DNA of 64,000 nt from an uncultured Bacilli bacterium (GTDB lineage Bacteria > Bacillota_I > Bacilli_A > RF39 > UBA660). A model generated the notes under the pieces. It made no database searches and had not been told where the DNA came from. It saw nothing but the letters and a program-made list of their open reading frames with translations. Of this stretch, positions 58,079 through 64,000 are shown in pieces; within the stretch, counting starts at the first letter, position 1, and every line of letters begins with the position of its first letter. A program made the translations under genes and the position numbers. Where the stretch lies: positions 2,928 to 66,927 of the forward strand of contig CALVID010000002.1 in the NCBI GenBank assembly GCA_944329355.1. Direction: 5' to 3'.

Positions 58079-60376
58079 TTATTTGAATAAATTATCAAAA
58101 TTTTCCCACAACTCTGGAGCATCATTATAAGTTTTATATGTTGCTTGTTGATAGTATTTAAATGTATTATTATCTTTAATTACTAATCCTCCGATTAAGT
58201 TTTTGCCTTTAAATCTTTCCTCTGTTATATACTTATATAGTGCATTAGATTTAATCGTATCATCTGCAACAAATTGACCGCCTTTAGTATCAAATATACC
58301 AATACTTCCATCTTTAAACTTTATTATGAAATCTGGTTGAAATGTGCTTTTATCTTCTTTTTGAATACCAAAATTTGTTTTCATATGTTCTGCTCCATTT
58401 TTCCAAAACCATTCAATTTTATCTTCATGCTTATCTAAATAATTTATAAAATCTAATTCTAATTGGTCAACTTTTCCAGATTTTAATTCCATAAATAATG
58501 GTTGATATAGTGATAATTTTGAATCAATAATTGTATTAGTTTCTGGATTATAATTTTTAGTAGGTTCAATTTCCCAATTATCATTAAATTCTTCATCACT
58601 TTTTGCAGATACTTCAATTTCATGAATTGGTTTATATGAAGAAGTAGATTTATTTAATAAATCGCTAAAAATAGACTCGTTAGTTACTATCATATTCTGA
58701 ATATACATAATTCCACCACGAGCAGACTCCAAACCCAAATATTTTTTAAAAGTATATAGTATTGCTTGCTTTATAGTAGGTATAGATCTTTTTGGTGCAA
58801 AGCCATTTAAATTAGAACTAATTATTTTATTATATTTTGCACTCAAGTCTGATGGACTGATACCAACTTTTATTAACGAATCACTGGTATCAATCTTTAA
58901 ATCTTTATCAACATTTTCGCTTTTTATTGTTATATCATTTACTATATTATCAATTCTGTCATATTCAGTATTTATTCCAGCATTTCGTAATGCTTCCATA
59001 TTTGTGTAATAATCAGTTAATTCATTTTCATTTACTAATTGTTTGATTTTAAAATATTTACAAAATTCATGTTCAAAAACTTTATAAAAAGAAGTTGTAA
59101 CATCACCGAAATCAACTCTATTTTTGTAATATGATTTCAATGCTATTGGAGTATATATTTCTCTTCTTTTAGAACATAAAGATTTTATTATATTTGGATT
59201 ATATACTTCTTTTTTTATTGCAATGGATTGAATATTTGTATAGACATAAGATTTATTTAAAGTTTCATCTGAGTAATGCTTTGCTTCTGGCATTCGTAAA
59301 ATCCTACCAACTGTTTGGATTTCAAAAACTATACTATTAGATTCTCTAAACTTAATCAAAATTTGGGCTCTAGGACAATCCCAACCAGTATCTATTGCTT
59401 GTTTAAAAATTAAATACTGTACTATACCATTATTATCTAATAATTTATCTGATTCATTATTAATTTTTTCATCTGATAACCATACTGCTAATTTTCCATT
59501 TTCTTCTGTAATTCCTTTTTCATTTAAAAACTTAATAACCGATTCTTTTTTATCATCACCTGCAGTAGAGTTAGGTAATTGAATTAACACTAAAGGATTT
59601 ACCATTGTATTTTGTTCTTTATACTTTAATGCTAATTCGTTCCTTTTTTGAAATGCACTTTCTAAAATTAATTGTTCAGAGTCCATTTCATCATCAACAA
59701 TCTTTTCTATATCTTGATTTATAATTATTTCTTTTTTTATCATACCCTCATCTATAACTTTAATAGGATCAACAATAACTCTTGCTTGCATATCATCGAT
59801 TAAAACTGGTGTAGCACTCATTTCAATAGTTAAATCTGGAACTATTATTTCATCTCTAATTTCCTTAGCACGACTAGTAGTAGCACCAGCATGAGATTCA
59901 TCAATAATAAGAACTATTTGTCTTCCTATCTCATGAGTATTTTTTAGAACTTCTGGAAAATTTATCGTCTCTTTATCTTTCATTAAAGTGTTTTTGAACT
60001 CACCAGTTTTTTTATCCTTAGTTCTAATCTTTTCCCAATTAATAAATACAACTTCATTTTGATTAATTATAAATTTGCTTCCAAAAAATTCGCTTTCAAT
60101 CAATGTACAAGTTAAAGTTTCATCAATTTCTCTTTTTACACTTTTCATACTTTGCTTGTGTAAATCACCTTTGCCTATGCTAATCCATAAAAAACATAAA
60201 TCTCTTTCACTAGAATTAACCAATTCTAACATATAGCTTGCTATTGTAAAAGTTTTACCACTACCAGTAGGTGCTTGAAATACAATAGTTTCTTTCCCAT
60301 CTCTCTTAAAGTATAAATTAGAGTAAGTTAGTAATTCTTCTATTGCTAATTCTTGATATTTTTTTAATTGCTTCAT
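58079..60376 (-). CDS. res: type III restriction enzyme Res subunit (SF2 helicase + C-terminal PD-(D/E)xK)
   Basis: FQAPTGSGKTF (motif I), LIIDESHAG (motif II), QTVGRILR (motif VI), and the C-terminal FQPDFIIKF...GIFDTKGG, a PD...D-x-K nuclease motif. It starts 2 nt after the mod stop. Confidence 0.85.
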   Translation of the reverse strand: MKQLKKYQELAIEELLTYSNLYFKRDGKETIVFQAPTGSGKTFTIASYMLELVNSSERDLCFLWISIGKGDLHKQSMKSVKREIDETLTCTLIESEFFGSKFIINQNEVVFINWEKIRTKDKKTGEFKNTLMKDKETINFPEVLKNTHEIGRQIVLIIDESHAGATTSRAKEIRDEIIVPDLTIEMSATPVLIDDMQARVIVDPIKVIDEGMIKKEIIINQDIEKIVDDEMDSEQLILESAFQKRNELALKYKEQNTMVNPLVLIQLPNSTAGDDKKESVIKFLNEKGITEENGKLAVWLSDEKINNESDKLLDNNGIVQYLIFKQAIDTGWDCPRAQILIKFRESNSIVFEIQTVGRILRMPEAKHYSDETLNKSYVYTNIQSIAIKKEVYNPNIIKSLCSKRREIYTPIALKSYYKNRVDFGDVTTSFYKVFEHEFCKYFKIKQLVNENELTDYYTNMEALRNAGINTEYDRIDNIVNDITIKSENVDKDLKIDTSDSLIKVGISPSDLSAKYNKIISSNLNGFAPKRSIPTIKQAILYTFKKYLGLESARGGIMYIQNMIVTNESIFSDLLNKSTSSYKPIHEIEVSAKSDEEFNDNWEIEPTKNYNPETNTIIDSKLSLYQPLFMELKSGKVDQLELDFINYLDKHEDKIEWFWKNGAEHMKTNFGIQKEDKSTFQPDFIIKFKDGSIGIFDTKGGQFVADDTIKSNALYKYITEERFKGKNLIGGLVIKDNNTFKYYQQATYKTYNDAPELWENFDNLFK

Positions 60377-60378
60377 TA

Positions 60379-62163
60379 TTAATCCTCCTTACTCATTTTC
60401 ACAACTTTTTTATATAGTTCAACTATTTTATATGGGATGGACTCTATGGTATAATTACTGACATCCTTTAAGTTACTAGTATCTACATAATTACCAAGTG
60501 TGAATATATATAAAAGTTTTTCTTCCTTAATGTCTTTTATTGTATTTATAAAATCATTATATTTTAAACCAAATATATCAAAATAAACACAAGTGTATTT
60601 TGTTTTATTATGATTAGTAAATATAGCATATTCATTATTAGAAACTACTTTATCAAAAGTATTTCCTTTAACACACAACATTGGAATACATTTTTCAGTA
60701 AGATCATAATACAATTGATCTCTAGTACCTATATTTTTCACAAATTCAGTTTTATAATATCTTAATATTGCATTTCTTCCTTCAGAATATTTCGAACCAT
60801 CTTTTCTTTTCCCAGTAATAACTACTGCACACCTTGGATATGTAACTTTTTCACAAATTCCATTTTCGTTATTTGTACATAAAATAAAACTTCTATTTCC
60901 GCCATCCTCTTTATTCAAATCTAATATTGCTTGTGCAGTAGTACCAGATCCAGCAAAAAAATCCAAAATAATAGCATTTTTATTGTCTATTAAAGAAATT
61001 AATAATTTTAATAATCCAACATTTTTAGGATTATCAAAAGGAGTTGCCGATACTCCGAAAATATTTTTTAACTCTGTTCCTGCCGATGTTGTTTTAACAT
61101 CTATTTGATAATCTTTAACTACTTTATTATTAACTACTGCATCATATTTTCTGTTTGTAACCATGCTTTTAATTCTAATTGTTGTACTAAAATTTTTTTC
61201 ATATATTTTATTATTTTTAAAATCCAAAGCATTTTTTTTGTATAATTCATTTAATCTGTTTTGTGAATATGTATTTAATACAAAATCTTTTCCGTTATAT
61301 GAACAAAATCTTTCAAACCCCTCATCAATTAGTTTCTTATCAATATCATTAACAGATTGTTCCTTTTTAAATTTTATTTTATTATCACTTTTTCTATAAT
61401 ATACTGTATAATGTTTATCCGAATCAAAGTTTATTACTGGGTCATTAAAACTTTGCTCTCCCACTAATATTCTTCTTCCACCACTATGCACATAATTGCC
61501 ATTTTCATCTTGTATTAAGTCAGTGGTTGACTTTGGTATATTTTCTATAAAGTATGTAGAATTCTTATCCTTTGCATATATCAAACAATATTCATTGCTT
61601 ATTGAAACAAAATTTGAATTTTTCCTACCTTTAGGATTATTTTCAATAGATAACATTGCAATATAATTATTTTCGCCAAATATTTTATCACATAATAGTT
61701 TTAGTTGGGCAAATTCATTATCATCAATAGACACAAATATTACCCCAGTTTCTTTCAGTAGTTGTCTGGCTAATTTCAATCTCTTTTCCATGAAATTTAA
61801 CCATTTACTATGCCTATATCCATCTTCAAGATCTATAAATTTATCATTATATATAAAATCCTTTTTTCCAGTATTATATGGTGGGTCTATATAAATTATG
61901 TCAATTTTTTCTTTATGGGTATAATTTAGAACACTTAAAGAATGAAAATTATCTCCTTCAATTAAAATATTTTCTTGACCCCCGTTATTAATATTTTTAT
62001 CTTTGACTTCTCTTAAAACAGGAATATATTTATCACAATCAACAACAATTTGTTCTGGTTCTTTTTCTTTGTCCCAAACAAGTCCATATTTGCCATTTTC
62101 ATTTTCACTTAAATTTTTAATATATTCTATTAATTCTTCTTTTGACATTTTGTAAAAGTCCAT
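60379..62163 (-). CDS. mod: type III R-M Mod subunit (beta-class N6A/N4C DNA methyltransferase)
   Basis: IIYIDPPYNTGKK (motif IV) lies N-terminal to FFAGSGTTAQA (motif I), which is the beta-class order seen in type III Mod proteins. RBS GGGGAGGA is present. Confidence 0.88.
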   Translation of the reverse strand: MDFYKMSKEELIEYIKNLSENENGKYGLVWDKEKEPEQIVVDCDKYIPVLREVKDKNINNGGQENILIEGDNFHSLSVLNYTHKEKIDIIYIDPPYNTGKKDFIYNDKFIDLEDGYRHSKWLNFMEKRLKLARQLLKETGVIFVSIDDNEFAQLKLLCDKIFGENNYIAMLSIENNPKGRKNSNFVSISNEYCLIYAKDKNSTYFIENIPKSTTDLIQDENGNYVHSGGRRILVGEQSFNDPVINFDSDKHYTVYYRKSDNKIKFKKEQSVNDIDKKLIDEGFERFCSYNGKDFVLNTYSQNRLNELYKKNALDFKNNKIYEKNFSTTIRIKSMVTNRKYDAVVNNKVVKDYQIDVKTTSAGTELKNIFGVSATPFDNPKNVGLLKLLISLIDNKNAIILDFFAGSGTTAQAILDLNKEDGGNRSFILCTNNENGICEKVTYPRCAVVITGKRKDGSKYSEGRNAILRYYKTEFVKNIGTRDQLYYDLTEKCIPMLCVKGNTFDKVVSNNEYAIFTNHNKTKYTCVYFDIFGLKYNDFINTIKDIKEEKLLYIFTLGNYVDTSNLKDVSNYTIESIPYKIVELYKKVVKMSKED

Positions 62164-62285
62164 TATGTCATCCTCCCCGTAATCATGTAATATAGTTCTA
62201 TTTGATTATACTATATTTTTTAATAAAATCCCAGCACTTAGAACTATTTATACAATGAAAAGTGCAAATTTTATCTTATCATATC

Positions 62286-63569
62286 TTAAATTTGTATATT
62301 GATATATTTCTCAATTTCTTGTGCAAATTTAAAGAGCATACGATCATATTCTTTTTTGTAACTATTAGTGAAAAATATAGGTGATAATTCTAAGTATCTA
62401 TAAATTTCTCCAGAATTAATTTTATCTTTAAATTCTTTATAATACTGTATTAAAGATTGCTTTTCTAAATATTTATATTGTGAAATTAAAAGACATTTAT
62501 CTGTCCTTTCTCCATATTTCTTTTCGTAGTCAATTATTGAATTTAACAAAGAGATATTTAAAGGTAAGATATAGCGGTCATCATATTTTGATTTACTAGA
62601 GTTTACCATACCAATTTGTCTCAATATACAAGCTGTACAAATTCCACATTGACATATTCCAGAATTTTTTCTATTATGAAAAGCTTTTGATCCTGGCATT
62701 TTAGAGCAAGTTTTTGTATTGGATATTAAAGCATTCCATGATTTTGGTATTAAATCGATTACCTCAGCCTTAGTTAAAAAGTTAAATGGGTTCACTATTT
62801 TTATATTAATATCCAATTTTTTTAAAATTGTATTTATTATATATAAAGTTCTTGGATGTGTAGTATGTGTCACTCTTCTTCTAAATGAAAAAGTAGGATT
62901 TAAACTCATGATACCATTTTCATAAATCTTTACTTCACTAACTTTATAATAATCAGCATATAAAAAAGTTGAAGCAAGAAATATTAGTGATCGTGTCCTT
63001 TGGGTTGATTGTTTTTTTCTGTTAAATAAAAGTTTAGGAATACTTATATGATAAGAATTAGGATTAAGTTTTAAAATTTCTTTAAATGACTGTGTTGCTT
63101 TATTGCCTTCTACCTTATTTGTTTTAAATGTAACAAACAATACGTTATTGCCAAGTTCTTGAGAGGCTCCAGCCAAAGCATCCAACCCTCCAGATAGCAA
63201 CACTATACTGTTTATTTTTTTCTCAAAACTCACTTGGGCATTCGATATATTTATTCCTTGCTTATTTTTTTTATAAAAATTTATATTCCAGGTTTCTCCG
63301 TTTGTCATAAATGTAATCAGTCTTTCTAAATCTGGTTTTATTTTTTTAAATAGTTCTGGATTAGTTACTCCTATATTTAACTCAATTTGATTAAACTCAT
63401 CTTCATTTCTAGGAGAATAAAAATCACAATAACAAATAGATGCAAAAGTATCAAATAAATCTAAAATATTCATGTTTTTATAATTAAAAATATTGTCTAA
63501 AAGATTATCTTTATTATAATGTAATTCATAAGGATTTTTTGAAGATAGTAAATTAAAATTATTTATCAT
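62286..63569 (-). CDS. QueC-like PP-loop ATPase with N-terminal extension (QatC-like)
   Basis: PP-loop IVLLSGGLDALAG (SGGxD) and a C-terminal Cys cluster CSKMPG...CQCGICTACILRQ resembling the QueC zinc site CGxCxxC. 427 aa versus about 220 aa for housekeeping QueC. The start overlaps the upstream stop (TAATG). Confidence 0.7.
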   Translation of the reverse strand: MINNFNLLSSKNPYELHYNKDNLLDNIFNYKNMNILDLFDTFASICYCDFYSPRNEDEFNQIELNIGVTNPELFKKIKPDLERLITFMTNGETWNINFYKKNKQGINISNAQVSFEKKINSIVLLSGGLDALAGASQELGNNVLFVTFKTNKVEGNKATQSFKEILKLNPNSYHISIPKLLFNRKKQSTQRTRSLIFLASTFLYADYYKVSEVKIYENGIMSLNPTFSFRRRVTHTTHPRTLYIINTILKKLDINIKIVNPFNFLTKAEVIDLIPKSWNALISNTKTCSKMPGSKAFHNRKNSGICQCGICTACILRQIGMVNSSKSKYDDRYILPLNISLLNSIIDYEKKYGERTDKCLLISQYKYLEKQSLIQYYKEFKDKINSGEIYRYLELSPIFFTNSYKKEYDRMLFKFAQEIEKYINIQI

Positions 63570-64000
63570 TATATCACTACCCCTTCAAGGATTTCATTAA
63601 TTGCTGAATTAGACCAATTTGTAATAAATTCGTCATCATTATAATTGATAACTAATTGATTAACTTTTTCTGGTGTAATAATTTTATTTGTAGTAACCGA
63701 AATTATAGCTGACAATAATTCATAAAAATTCTTATCCGTGAATTCTTCATTCCTTTCAGCAAATTCTTCAACAAGGTTCCCTTGTATAGATCTTTCTAGA
63801 TGTTTTTTAAATATTTCTATAATAAGTGTTGTAGTATTATTGAATGTTCCATCTATACCATTAGCATATATAATATCTTTAATTGATTGCTTTAGTTCAG
63901 GATACTCTGATTTTACAATATGATCAGCAATTAAATCAACTTGTTCATCAAAAGAATAATTATTAAATCCAGGAATGGCAAACCCGACAACCCCAGAAGA
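63569..64000 (-). CDS. hypothetical protein (5' end beyond window); translationally coupled partner of the QueC-like gene
   Basis: Minus-strand frame is open from base 64000: SSGVVGFAIPGFNNYSFDEQVDLIADHIVKSEYPELKQ...NSAINEILEGVVI, with stop TAA 63571-63569 overlapping the downstream ATG. Not in the ORF track because no start lies in the window. No motif recognised. Confidence 0.6.
   Translation of the reverse strand, partial: SSGVVGFAIPGFNNYSFDEQVDLIADHIVKSEYPELKQSIKDIIYANGIDGTFNNTTTLIIEIFKKHLERSIQGNLVEEFAERNEEFTDKNFYELLSAIISVTTNKIITPEKVNQLVINYNDDEFITNWSNSAINEILEGVVI

Overview
AT-rich, Gram-positive (Bacillota-type) chromosomal window, with nearly every gene on the minus strand. Lineage markers are sortase, agr, AddAB, an S-box riboswitch and a CIRCE operator. 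Standard genetic code: TGA is used as a stop, for example by cas2 and the 2858..3664 gene.

Left part (1-39.4 kb):
- A tightly packed operon of three methyltransferase-like genes, an AlaDH/PNT-family dehydrogenase, an ASCH-like protein, a dTMP-kinase-like protein and a NUDIX hydrolase.
- secA, hpf and csp.
- A convergent agrBD / agrCA quorum-sensing locus.
- A P-type Ca2+-ATPase, an IS-transposase HTH remnant and a short UvrD-like helicase.
- An asnB-like / membrane protein / murE operon.
- Two GH73-like wall hydrolase paralogs, tRNA-Pro, zinc-ribbon membrane proteins and a sortase.
- A CIRCE-controlled clpB that lacks the N-terminal domain.
- A ydjGHI-like SPFH/Tim44-like trio, a disrupted ORF, a DUF1003 protein and addBA.

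Centre (39.8-50.0 kb): a complete type II-A CRISPR-Cas locus. It has cas9-cas1-cas2-csn2, a divergent tracrRNA with its own promoter and terminator, and 53 identical 36-bp repeats plus one degenerate terminal repeat. The most unusual feature of the window is here. One spacer slot (40300-40910) holds 611 bp of foreign coding DNA instead of about 30 bp. This insert carries a gene fragment with an HExxH motif, cut exactly at the repeat junction. It also carries an intact 70-aa acidic ORF with its own RBS and terminator, antisense to the array.

Right part (50.2-64 kb):
- Two paralogous cadherin-like surface proteins.
- S-box-regulated metK.
- An orphan amidoligase.
- An apparent defence island: a 907-aa protein with an unknown ~520-aa N-terminal region fused to a RecD-like SF1 helicase, a type III R-M (mod-res), and a QueC-like (QatC-like) PP-loop protein. 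The QueC-like gene is translationally coupled to an upstream partner that runs off the window.

All calls come from reading motifs by eye; no database search was possible.
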